NCBI GenBank assembly: GCA_009602735.1
Contig: WELA01003444.1
Span: 95,150-135,471 of the forward strand
Length of the DNA stretch: 40,322 nucleotides
Direction of reading: 5' to 3'
DNA from: Mesotaenium endlicherianum
Taxonomy: Eukaryota
Numbering within the stretch: the stretch's first letter is position 1; each line of letters opens with the position of its first letter. Shown piece after piece: positions 1 to 11,315 of the stretch. A program made the translations under genes and the position numbers. The notes beneath the pieces are model-generated. The model had not been told where the DNA came from. It searched no databases and was given only the letters and a program-made list of their open reading frames with translations.

Positions 1-2114
1 CCGCCCCCGCCCCCGCCTCCGCCTCCACCTCCCCGCCCCCCTCTGCACGTCCCCTAGCTCCTCTACCTCCAGCCCCGGCTCCTGTTTCTCTTCTGCCTCA
101 TCCGCCTGGACCGCCTGCTCCCGCTTCTCCAAGCCCCCAGAGAAGGTCGGCCCAGAAGAAGGGGGATGGGGAGGGGGAGGGGGAGGGACGTAGTAGGGCC
201 CACAGGCGGAGCGGGGGTCGGGCGCCACGTCGCGCCAGTAGTTGGGCTGACACCTGGCGCTCCGCCACTGCTTCCAGAGCTCCTTGGAGGCCTCCGTCGC
301 GAGGTCCTCGGGGCCTGCCAGGCGGACTCACCCTATGGTGAGTGTGTAGGTCAGATTTCGGGTTTTAGGGGTCGGGATCAGGGTCAGGGTTTAGGGTCAG
401 GGTTGGCGGAATCGGGGGAAATTCTTGGTGGGTGAGCTAGGCTACAGGTTGCGCTGCGCGCTCAGAGTGCGGTTTGCAGGCTTTTGCGTTCTGGATGATC
501 TCAAGTGCCGAGCGCCCCCCGTACGGGACGCGTTCGCACGTGCGCAGGTGTTCTTTCAGCGCGGAGCGGACCAGTACAGGCGAAGCATCGGAGCACACGC
601 GCGCGCTCATCTCTCCAATCGGGGGCCTCTCTCCTGGGGTATAGAGTGCTGAGTCTAGGGCTTCTTGCGGGTTTAGGTGCGGGACCGTATTAGATACGGG
701 CCTGAATTGGGGGACACAGCTTGGGGGGGGCTATATATAGACACCCTCCTCCTTTCTCTCCCCTCCCACCCTGCCCCCCCGTCCCAGGAGAAAAACCTCC
801 CACCCCCTCCTTTGGGGCAGGCTGCAGCCTACATTATAGAGCAAGAAGCAGAGCGAGCACAGGAGCATTAAGGGAGGNNNNNNNNNNNNNNNNNNNNNNN
901 NNNNNNNNNNNNNNNNNNNNNNNNNNNNNNNNNNNNNNNNNNNNNNNNNNNNNNNNNNNNNNNNNNNNNNNNNNNNNNNNNNNNNNNNNNNNNNNNNNNN
1001 NNNNNNNNNNNNNNNNNNNNNNNNNNNNNNNNNNNNNNNNNNNNNNNNNNNNNNNNNNNNNNNNNNNNNNNNNNNNNNNNNNNNNNNNNNNNNNNNNNNN
1101 NNGCCCCCACGTCCATCGAGTCCTGCCAGCCCCAGCCCCACGCCCAGCCCAGCCCCAAGCCCAGCCCAGCCCAGCCCAGCCCCTCAGCCAAGACCAACCA
1201 AGCCGAGCCAATTCAGGCTAGCCCTCAGCAAAGCCAAGCCAAGCCAAGCCAGGTCAGGCCAGGCCCCCCTCCTCCCCCTCCTTCCCCGTCGCTTCGCACT
1301 CCTGCCAGCTTCAGCACGCATGCCACCCCCGGCCCTGGCCCCGGCCCCGGCACCGGCCCCAGGAGGGATGCACTGATGCATAGAGGGTCCGCAGCAGGCG
1401 CACGTCCCCGGGGCAGAGTCATAGCACCGGCGATTGTGTCTCAGCCACAGAGACGGGCAGGATGGGGGGTGCAGAAGGGGGTGAAGAGGTCGGGAGGGGG
1501 GCCACGAAAGGGGCAAGCAAGCGGGAAAGAGTGCAGCTGCCTGGAGTGCGGAGAGGGGGAGCAGAGGGGCCAAGGGAGGGCGGGGCAGACGGGAGTGGGA
1601 AAGAAGGAAAGAAGGAGGAAACGGAAGAGGTGAGGGAAGAGGGGAGTGGGAGAGGGGAGAGGGGAGACTGAGAAGGGGGAGGGGAGGGGGAAGAGAGGAG
1701 AGGAGAGACCGAAGAGGGGAGAGGGGAGAAGGGAGAGGGGAGGGGGGAAACCGGAGAGGGGGGGAGAGGGGGAGAGGGGCAAGGGGGAGGGGGAAGGCTC
1801 TCTCACCCCATCCATGACCATGGCGTCGAGAGTCGTCTCCCCATTCTCGTCGGGGCTGCCCCCGTACCCCACTGCAAGGCAGGCAGGGCAAGGTAGGCTC
1901 AGGCACGCTTAAGAACAGGTGTCAGGCCCGGGCTCGTCCTTGCACGCACGCTTGCGTGCTTTTTGCCTCGGCCTTGATTGTGAATACACCGGCTGGCTGT
2001 GTTGGTGTGTGTCCCCACATATGGCCCTCAAGGCAAGCGTGCTCAGCTACCTGGCAAGCGTATTTTCTAAAGTAAGGCCATTGTCACTGCGTGTCTGTGT
2101 GCATCCTTGTAGAT

Positions 2115-2158
<44 letters not shown>

Positions 2159-4965
2159 CGGGCCAGCGCGAGCAAGATTGGGGGGTACACGTGTGCTTGG
2201 ACCACCACCACCCGCCATGCTCTCGTAGGGAGAGCAAAAGAGCAAGAGGGCGAGAGAGGGGGGCGCGTGTGCGCACAGACCATCCCAGGCCAGGCCAGGC
2301 CAGCACGTACCATGATCTTGTAGCCGAACTGGTAGCCCGGCGAGTTGCGGAGCAGAGGGTACGACTTGACGGCCGACTCCACCATCACCTTCTCATCCTG
2401 CACTCCTCCGCCATCCCCACCCACAAACGCGCGCACGCACACGCACACACACATGCACAGCGAGCAACTGGGAGAGTGAGCGAGTGGGGACGGTGGGAGG
2501 GTGGCGGGTGGGTGAGCGGGAGCATGGGAGGGTGGGAGTGGGAGGGCAGCGGTGACGGCCACGGCAACAGGAGTGCCGAAGGGGGACACCAACGACAGCG
2601 GGTGGCAACGATGACGACGGTATACGGCGACAGTAACAAGGCGACGGCGAGGACGGCCCCGGCAAGGGTGGGCCCGAGTATGCGGAGTCCGCCCCACTCG
2701 TGGCCCCCTCTNGGGGGGGTGGAGGAAGAGAGGGCAGGGGGCGGGGGACATACGTTCCTTTCTTATGTAACCTATTCCCCTCCTTTCTGCAGAAACTACC
2801 TCCCCTAACCATGCAGTAAATAGAGTACAGGGCTGCCACGTCAGAGAGCCCACCAGAGCCATCACACTGCTCCTCCTCGCACACGCTGCACCCGGCCACT
2901 ACTGCGTCGACAGGTGTCCCCCCAGCCTGAAGGACCTCCCACGCCCTCTGCGTCGCGTCGGTGAAGGGCCAGGTGTTGATCACCAGAGGCCCCTGCAGGG
3001 TTGCCCTGGGAGGCCTGACATCTCCTCCCCCTCCTCTTCCTCCTGCGCCTGCTGCTGCTGCTGCTGCTGCTGCTCCTGCTCCTGCTGCTGATCACTTGGC
3101 CCAGAGGGGGAAACATAAAAAACACATTTGCATATGCTCAGGCCCGCCTGGCATGCGCCGTAGGAAGGCCACACGCGCAAAACGTAGCAAGGAAGTACAC
3201 AGGCACGCTGTTTCGCACGTCGCCATGGGACGTCCGCAGTCTGCGTGTGCACCTACTGCGCGCGGCCCTGAGTCTCTATGCTTCATCACACGTTTGCAAA
3301 CTCGTGTAGTGTCGCACCGGCTCGCGAAAGTCGATCTTCGTGTGATCCAAGTTACGCCGTGTATGCCCAGCTACTCCGTGCGGGCGACATGTGCCACTGC
3401 CTCACTGCATAGGTGGCGGGTGAGTGAGGATTTCGGAATCTAGCACAGTGCCCACGCGTGCGAAGACAGCGCCTGGCTCAAGAGAGACTCGCAGGCTGAT
3501 GGGCCTGGGGCTGGGGCTGGGGCCGGGGCTAGAGGCGCCGCTAGCAAAGCCAGGGAAGTAGGGGCTTGCTCGATACATCTACCCTCGGTGTATATCAAAG
3601 TGCGACTGATCACCCAATCTGGTCAATCCAGCATAACCCTAGAGTGCATGCGCTCATCCGATTTTGTGCAATGGAGAAGATAGCAACACGTGCGCACATT
3701 TTTGTGGACATGTACGTATTTTACACGTCATACCAATGTATCCGGTTTGATGTGCGCAGAGACCAGACTCGGCGACAACTACGTACCACCGGATGCTACA
3801 TTGCATACGTTTTTTATTTGATGAAGAAGAATGAATTTGTGATACAGGTATGTTGAGCGCCGAGTAAAGGGGTCTCCATTTGCATGTGACAAGATGTCCA
3901 TGACACTGGACAGGGATGCACGTGACCTTGGACATGTCTTTGCACGCGTGTGCTCTGGGAGAGGGCTCAGAGATGCTTAGAGAAGGATGTCAAGAAAGCT
4001 CTCTGATGTATATATGTATATATACACATACATATATGCATATACATGATATGCATATATACATATACATACATGTATATGCATACAGATATACACACAT
4101 ACATATGTATACATTTATAGATAGGAGACTGGGGGCGTGGGAAAGAGGAAGGGAGGGACGGCAGGAGGAGGAGGAGATGGACGATGAAAAGGGTTGTGAA
4201 ATTTAGCAACCGCTTCTAGACTGTGCTGAAGTCGGTTTCGATCATGCACGTGGTAAGAGCAGACAAGAGTATGTAGTAGAGAATAAAGGACTGCGTCAAG
4301 ACCAGCACAAGAAGCCCTGCAACTCGTCTGCCGGTTTGATGCTGAGAAAAAGACAGAGCCCCTCTTGCCTTCAAAGTTGCTTAAGGATAATTGATCATGA
4401 CTGATTATTTTTTCCTCCTTTCCGCCAGCATTCGGCATATTAAATATCGAAAACCCAGCCAGTAAGCCTCCTGTTGCATGCTGGTGGCAGGAATGCGAAA
4501 TCCTTTACCTGTAAAGCACTGGAGAGGAGAATATCACGACCCTGTGATAAAGAACGAAATCAAAAGTGGAGCAGCTGGAGGAAACTAGTCGAACTCGAGA
4601 AGTATTGAATGCAATCATGAGCGACTGCTATGCCGGTATTTTAAGAAGGCGTGAAAAAAGAACTTGTCTAGCTGCACGCTAACACGTTGCCTGGCCAATC
4701 AATCCTGGCCTGATGATTGAGGCCCTTTGACAAGAAACATTTCGAAGTCCGACATTAAGTTTACACGAAGATTGGCCATATACCAGATGGCTCCCAGGAG
4801 GGTGCCTCTTAAGGACATGAAAATACAATAAACTAAAATTCGGTGACAAAGCGAGGTACTGTCACGACCAAATGCGCACCTACCAGAGTGCAGAAGAATA
4901 GCTGCAGCAGTCATGAAGGTTAAGGCTGCCGTCAAGGCTCGTGGGGACATGATGCCAAAAAGCAT
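1..4965 (-). CDS. AGA: N(4)-(beta-N-acetylglucosaminyl)-L-asparaginase (aspartylglucosaminidase, Ntn-hydrolase), 3'-truncated by the window edge. Exons: 4965-4884 (signal peptide; start may be 4950), 3087-2854, 1871-1807, 1122 into the N-gap, 314-<1
   Basis: Spliced translation gives PLVINTWPFTDATQRAWEVLQAGGTPVDAVVAGCSVCEEEQCDGS/VGYGGSPDENGETTLDAMVMDG/DSMDVG.../GPEDLATEASKELWKQWRSARCQPNYWRDVAPDPRSACGPY, matching glycosylasparaginase motifs. GT-AG junctions are phase-consistent. The hydrophobic first exon MLFGIMSPRALTAALTFMTAAAILLHS ends at a G|GTAGGT phase-1 donor; this exon is less certain than the rest. Confidence 0.9.
361..405 (+). repeat. Degenerate telomere-like (TTTAGGG/TCAGGG) repeat in an intron
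   Basis: ggttttaggggtcgggatcagggtcagggtttagggtcagggttgg. Confidence 0.55.
878..1102. other. Assembly gap (N run) hiding most of one AGA exon. Other gaps: 12652-12675, 14713-14808, 16478-16534, 31543-31566. Single Ns: 2712, 13491, 22442
   Basis: N characters in the sequence; most gaps are flanked by poly-G/C or (AG)n runs. Confidence 0.99.
2114..2158 (+). repeat. Compound (TG)n(AG)n microsatellite
   Basis: tgtgtgtg...gagagagaga directly visible. Confidence 0.95.
2311..2397 (-). CDS. HHL1: Isolated 87-nt exon similar to HHL1 (HYPERSENSITIVE TO HIGH LIGHT 1), lying in AGA intron 2
   Basis: cag|DEKVMVESAVKSYPLLRNSPGYQFGYKIM|gtacgt, phase 0-0. Aligns without gaps to the remembered Arabidopsis HHL1 segment DEKEIQKTAIKQHRVLRTATEFRYGYKLV. 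No other HHL1 exon was seen in the window. Confidence 0.6.
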
Positions 4966-6373
4966 CCAAGGCACAAGCTTAACATGTGGGATATTTTCAA
5001 GGCATGCCAGAGGATGATGGCTGACTCATTTTAGCCATGAAAACCCGGAGTGATAGGCCAACCTCCCCACATTTGCATGTACCATGTCTCATATGTATAA
5101 ACCTCTTCGTTCTTTATCAAAGATGTCGAATATTGGTACGTGGAACCCTGAGACGTATCACAAAAGTATTTGCAGAGACAGCATGCTGCGCGTCGGAAAA
5201 AAGTGTCGTCAGCTCTCTTGCGGACAGGCAAGCTAGTCTATTCGCAAAGGCGGTGCAAGATGGTGTTAACATGGAGTTGGAAGAATTAAGAGAGCTTCGT
5301 CACTCATGCATTCAGTATGTTTCGGGCCAGACTTGTCTTAATTCTGTTGCCTCATTCGTGCGAGGCATGCAGGAGGCATGGCCCCAAGTAAACACCGCTC
5401 GTTTGCCTAGTGGAGTTGCATGATAGCTGGTATTGACACTAGTCAAAACAAAGTGGGAAGTCGAACCAGAAAACGACGGAGTAACGCTGGAGTCACGTGC
5501 TAACTTGGACGCAGTAAGCTCGATGCTTGAATTGCGGTGGGCTGCACTCGGTCAGCACTGGGCCGCTGATATGTCGGAAGAGATACTTGCACACAAACAC
5601 CAATCCGCTATTCCCGAGCACAATACGGAAATGAACCTCTTTAAGAATCGGAAATGACGCTAATAGCATGAAACACTGCATATGGCGAAATTTAGCGCCT
5701 GGACTCGACTCTGGACTCAGAATTCTGCATTCATTTCGGTTCACTTTATTTCGGGATTCTCTCGGGAGGCCAGGGGGGGGAGGGTGCTAGCTGTCTACCT
5801 ACTGTTAACAATATTCGCACGCGTTGACCCAGTCGGACTAACCCCACTTGGCAACAAGTCAGCACCATTAAACACGCGGCAATCACATGCCGTTGCCGTG
5901 ATTTCTAGCGTATATACTCGCTCTTGGCGCCGATAAGATCGTTGTTGATCCTGAGGCGAGGGGCTTCTGAATCAACCGAAAAGTAAGGTCGTGCCACGGC
6001 ACCTTTTCTGAATTCCACAAGCGTCCCAAGCCTCTCAAAAATGTTTTTGGGCCTCACTAGCCCCGTATCATCTCCGATTTACATTCCCGAATGGAGAGAA
6101 TCTATACCTGACAATTTTTTTTGCAAAATTTGGTTATTGTTTCGATTAATATCTACAGATCCACCGTTCGCACGTTGAGGAAGATGCCTCCTTGGGGGGT
6201 ACCTACTGGCCTGGTTCGCACTCACACGTCCCCTTTTCTTGCCAACCTCTGTCCCTGAGGCTCTTATTCGAAGTTAAACGTCTCTTTTGCAAGCAAGGTC
6301 CTAGCTCCTTGTGCAAGGCCTGCTGCATGTTAATTATATTTTCTACAAGCTAAGCAGAACTAGAAGCTTGTGT
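4966..6373. promoter_or_regulatory. Divergent (head-to-head) intergenic/promoter region between AGA and GPT
   Basis: Inferred only from gene orientation; no specific cis-element is called. Confidence 0.4.
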
Positions 6374-9300
6374 ATGATGGCTACCTGCTTAAGGATGTCT
6401 GCCTTGCCTTCGGGTCTCGTAGATCATGGCCTCCTTAAGGCTGGGTTTTCTACATCAAAGACAAAGTCTGCAACTCCCGTGTCTGCCTCTCTGCTGAAGC
6501 GTGGGATTAAGTTGCAGTCACAGACGTTGCCATCGCTGTCAAGGACTTCCTTCGTGGCTGGAAGCCTTCGCATAGCTCCAGTTGGGAGATGTCAAACCCC
6601 AAAAAAATGCAGCAGGCTATCCATCGTTGCTCAAGCTCAGGTCAATGCGTCTGCCGGTGATGGTCCTGCTGATGTTCCCGACGAGCAAATGGAAGATGCA
6701 GGAAAGAAATTGAAGATTGGAGTTTACTTTGTTATCTGGTGGTCTCTGAATGTTGTCTTCAACATTTACAACAAGAAAGTCCTCAACGCGTTTCCCTACC
6801 CTTGGTTGACATCTACTCTTTCTTTAGCAGCTGGAGTTTTGATTATGCTCATCTCGTGGGGAACTCGGCTAGTGGAAGTTCCAAAGACTGACCAGGCATT
6901 CTGGAAGACCTTGGCTCCTGTAAGATTCGCACCCTTCTCTACTCTGTGGCGTTACGCTTGATAGATTATACAGTATCTTCAGAAACGAAGAATGCATATT
7001 GTGGCTTGAACTAGTGATGCTTAAATTAAACTGGTCGGAATTTTGCAGATAAGGTAAGAAACTCAATTTATCAGTAGCCGGTTCAAATATTATTCCCGTG
7101 TAACTAGCAAGGATTGGGTTGATGAATGTCTTGTCTTTCTGTTTTTCTATATGGGGTTCTGATGTCATTGCTTAAATTTTGGTTGAGATATGTAATGGTG
7201 AAGTGTCAAAAGATGGAAAGAGGAGAGGTGGTGTAGTCAGTTGCATAAGTGGGTGACTTACCACTGCAATGAATGCATGAACCAAGTTATATGGTTGGTA
7301 ATTTCCGGGTTTATGGTGGTGTACTGGAGCCTTTGTAGAATGGAGCTCCAATCTCTGTGCTGATCATTTTTTTGTTAGAAAATATAGAAATCTCGTATGA
7401 CTATGACTAAAATGGGTTCTGAGTAATATGTATACAAAATTGGAAGTTTTGATTCCTATCTGCCTAGTGATTGTCAGTCAGTTAAACATCATTCCATGAA
7501 TTTGAGCATCCTGTGATATGTCTTCATGTCATCAATTTGATTGATGCTTATAGTACCTTTTGATTTCTGTTGCTCATATAATTTTGAATTGTCCACAGTC
7601 TAGACAACCCTGAACATGCTACACTTCCTTTGTTTCCCTTTTGTTCAGTGTGCATGATTATGTCTATGTTGCGAAGGTAGAAATTTCTGGCCTTATGAAA
7701 AAGAAGGGATGCACCACGGAAAACTAAGCTGTGTGGGTGTTAAATTTTGTTGTCTGTATGTTGCAGGTTGCTCTCATGCACACTATTGGTCACGTAGCTG
7801 CTACCGTCAGTATGTCTAAAGTGGCAGTCTCATTCACTCACATCATTAAGAGTTCCGAGCCTGCATTTAGTGTGGTAGTGCAATCCTTGATGGGAGAGCA
7901 ATACCCAGCAGCAGTGTATCTCTCACTGCTTCCTATTATTGGTGGTTGTGGATTGGCTGCCATGACAGAACTTAACTTCAACATGGGAGGTAAGCTTTTC
8001 AATATTTTTCATGTCAAGCTTCATCTGTCAAGTGTTGATATATACTTTATCCGCCAGTTTGCCTGCTCTCACACAAAGTTTCTGGACAGCAAAAGCAGCC
8101 TCAATCTTTGATATCACTACTTTGGAGTTTTGCCCATATTTACCATTCGATGAGTCCTGTGACCATAAATATCACAAGAGTAGTGCATGGCAGTGATCTT
8201 CTTCATATGGTCCATGTCTGATTGTGAGACGGTTCCTTGTCACCTTTTGCAGGTTTTATGGGTGCTATGATCTCCAACCTTGCCTTTGTCTTCAGAAACA
8301 TTTTCTCCAAGAAGGGAATGAGTACAGGAACAAAAGTGGGAGGCTTGAACTACTATGCTTGCCTATCCATTCTATCCCTTTTCTTCCTCACCCCCTTCGC
8401 TTTCTGGCAAGAAGGTCCCAAATTGTGGGCAGCTGGGTGGCAAACGGCAAACCAAACTGTTGGACCACAGATTTTCTGGTATGTCCTGCCATCTGCTGAC
8501 TTTCTGTGATGGGTATGCATAATTAATCCAGATGTCTACTTATTGTATTTTCAGATAAGTTAGTGTGGCTAGGCAGATGGAGAAACTCTTGTAATGACAC
8601 GACCAGTTTAAGTGCATTTCCATTGATCATCTCCAGTCTGTTGCCCAAGTAAGGCATATAGCTCTTGGGATTGTGTGCAACTCTACCAGGAACAGTTTAG
8701 TGTGAGGTGCTTGTAGGGTTTGGCAAGTTTTGGGGAGCTTTGGGACATGCTTGTGGAACAATGAGTATTGGGGAGTAAATACGTCTGTCTGAATTTTTGG
8801 TGTGCTTATATCAATGCAGTTAGTGTCCAGCGTACATCGTAGCTGCCTGTGTGTTATCAGTGTCTGTCTAAAGCGCCAACTAAAGGTATTATGTGTGTCG
8901 TGTTGCTCCTGTGGGTTCAGGTGGGTGGCCGCACAGAGTTTCTTCTACCACATGTACAACCAGGTTTCCTACATGTCCTTAGATGAGATTTCACCTCTCA
9001 CTTTCAGTATCGGAAACACAATGAAGCGTGTGACTGTCATTGTTTCTTCCGTTATAATCTTCAAGACTGCCGTGAGGCCCATCAACGCTGCTGGTGCTGC
9101 TATCGCCATCCTGGGTACCTTTTTGTATTCACAGGTATTTAATACGACTCATCACCTCACCACCAAACTCAGTTTACTTAATGCCACACTACAACTACTG
9201 CAGCTTGGCAGCTTGCTTTCTTACAGTCTGTATCCGTCTACTGATAGCAATTGCATCAAAGGAGGTCATTTAACACATTGACTTCAAAAGAAAGACGGCA

Positions 9301-9703
9301 CATCTGCAGGGCAAGAAAGACCAGTCACTATGCAGGATACTTTGAAGCCTACGTGCTGTTTTATTACTGGAGTGACCAAACCAACTTGATGGAAGGTGGT
9401 CCTTAGGAGCATAGGAATAAATGTGGGCTGTTTACCTGTCAGTACATGACTCGTGCACCTGACACGTCTGTCCTTGGGATTAGCAGTGTTTGCATTGCCG
9501 AAGTATCTAGGTCATAGCTGAGAACAGAATAGCCCAGTTGTCGATTACCTTGTAGTGGGTAAATGTCGCCTCATACCGGGGCCTCAATTGAAGGTGAGTC
9601 AATGGTCTTACTCACACCACACTTCGCTGCTGGTTAGTCACTAAACCTCTGATCTTTTTGTACGCAGGCTCAGGAGGGTTCAAAGAAGGTGAAGAAGGCT
9701 TGA
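6374..9703 (+). CDS. GPT: Plastid glucose-6-phosphate/phosphate translocator, 414 aa. join(6374-6919,7767-7989,8253-8478,8921-9134,9668-9703)
   Basis: Ser/Arg-rich transit peptide, then KLKIGVYFVIWWSLNVVFNIYNKKVLNAFPYPWLTSTLSLAAG, HTIGHVAATVSMSKVAVSFTHIIKSSEPAFSV, GFMGAMISNLAFVFRNIFSKKGM and FYHMYNQVSYMSLDEISPLTFSIGNTMKRV, all GPT-type. Canonical splice sites with consistent phases; the last acceptor has a CTAAAC branch-like site and a pyrimidine tract. Confidence 0.97.
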
Positions 9704-10593
9704 GTGGTTAGTGATTATTTGAAGAGCTGGAAAAAGGTTATCCTGGTCAGTTAGTAATCCGTGACAGAGTGCTGGTCTTAGACCTGGCACAAAGAGATTA
9801 CGGGATGTGCACTACGTCCGATGCCGCAAATAAGACCCTGTGACACCAGAATCGGCTCACAGGCTACATTTGAAATGTGCAACGTGCTTGGAGTCCGAGT
9901 TGCTGCATGAGCAAGTATGAATGTCAGAAGTACATGCTTGAATGCGCATGATTCACTTGAAAGAGTAGGAGGGGGCTGTTAGATTGTTATTTACTGGCAA
10001 TATTCAGTGATATTGCGGCCAGTAACTAGGAGACACCCACTCTAGGAGGAATGGTATCAATGTAGGTGCACGCCCTTTCCCACTTAATCTGCAGGATGTT
10101 GTATATTCTAGTACATCTCAGCAGGTGTTAGCAGTCAGCTGCTTCTATATCAAATTTTGGTACCAGCGTTCTTGCCATCCTCTTTTGCCAACTCTATTTT
10201 CTTACTCAAAGGTGTCCAGAAGAATCATCAACAAGACTGATGAGATGCCCACACCCAACAGAGCATCACTACATCGAGTCTCACGTGTTCAATTGGTGCA
10301 GAAAATAAATTGGAAAAATGCGTCTTGAAGTTTGACGATGGTGTCTAAGGCAAGTATATAATGCAGTTATAAAGCACATTCTTGAACTGTACAGGCTTAA
10401 TTGTCCTGGCAGGGAGGATAAGTCCTGTAATACAGGAGATGTTAACAATAGTCACAATGTCTATTTGCACCTCCAATAACCATCATTTCTCAGTAGCAAT
10501 CACATTATGATACCCTGGAACTTTAATTGGAGTTCTTGTTAATTATTCAGATTGTGAAGTAATTTTGATTGTTCATGTTGTGTGAACATCCAT

Positions 10594-10757
10594 ACATGTC
10601 ACGCATGCAGGGTGTTCTTGAGACCAGCATGTAGTACCTCCCAACAAATTGCATGTACTCTCCAGTTGTGTCAATATTGATATTCACATGTCATGCATGC
10701 AGGATATCCCAAAGACCGGCATATAGTACCAACTAACAAGTTGCATATACTCTCCAG
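10594..10757 (+). repeat. Imperfect tandem duplication, ~92-bp period, 2 copies
   Basis: acatgtcacgcatgcagg...tgcatgtactctccag at 10594 versus acatgtcatgcatgcagg...tgcatatactctccag at 10686. Confidence 0.8.
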
Positions 10758-11315
10758 AAGCGCTTTAATTTGGGCAAACTCGCACGTGATGTTAATATAC
10801 ATCTAGCTTGTGCTTTCTCAAGACCTCTTCAACTTTAGTTGGGTGCTCATCTTCTTGTGTCAAAGAGGCTGTTCATAATCCTTTCCATGACGGGGCAATT
10901 GATGCCCATTCGAATATGTTTTAGTGAATCAATTTTTAAAGAATTAGCCAATTGAAGTTGAGCAGAATTTTTGTTTAGTACGACATCAAAAGAATACGCC
11001 AAAATTGACAAAATCAATTTTGTGTGCTATGTGCACTGTTTGTTGGCCCTCATTTATGCCGCTTTTAGAGGAAGTCATTACCTTTTCAACTCAATCCTCT
11101 TGCAACATGAGCTGTCCGCTCGGAAAATGAAGCACCGCACTCACCCCGCGCAGCTGCTCTTACCAGCTCGGCTATACGGCGCAGCCTAACTATTGGCCGC
11201 TGCAGCACGCTACACGTCACAGTCAGCTCCCAAGAGCATCAACGTCCAACCGTAGAAGACACCTCACTCCCGTACCAAGGCATGCAGTGATCGTCGAGAG
11301 CGCCCCTTTAGGTTC

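Noticed and set aside
437..640. Minus-strand frame containing LKEHLRTCERVP, reminiscent of a TRAF zinc finger
   Set aside because: Cys/His spacing is incomplete, it lies in an AGA intron and there is no supporting splice structure.
1184..1906. Long Pro/Leu/Ser or Gly/Glu/Arg ORFs (also 2047-2865, 14248-15016, 24374-25030)
   Set aside because: Stop-poor purine/pyrimidine-skewed intronic sequence; only the short embedded exons are credible.
3092..3289. ORF in frame with AGA and separated by one TGA, suggesting readthrough or selenocysteine
   Set aside because: The TGA lies in the intron just before the acceptor at 3088; a phase-compatible signal-peptide exon exists at 4965-4884.
5037..5657. 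Two successive plus-strand ORFs (128 and 74 aa) between AGA and GPT
   Set aside because: No recognisable domain, splice structure or codon bias.
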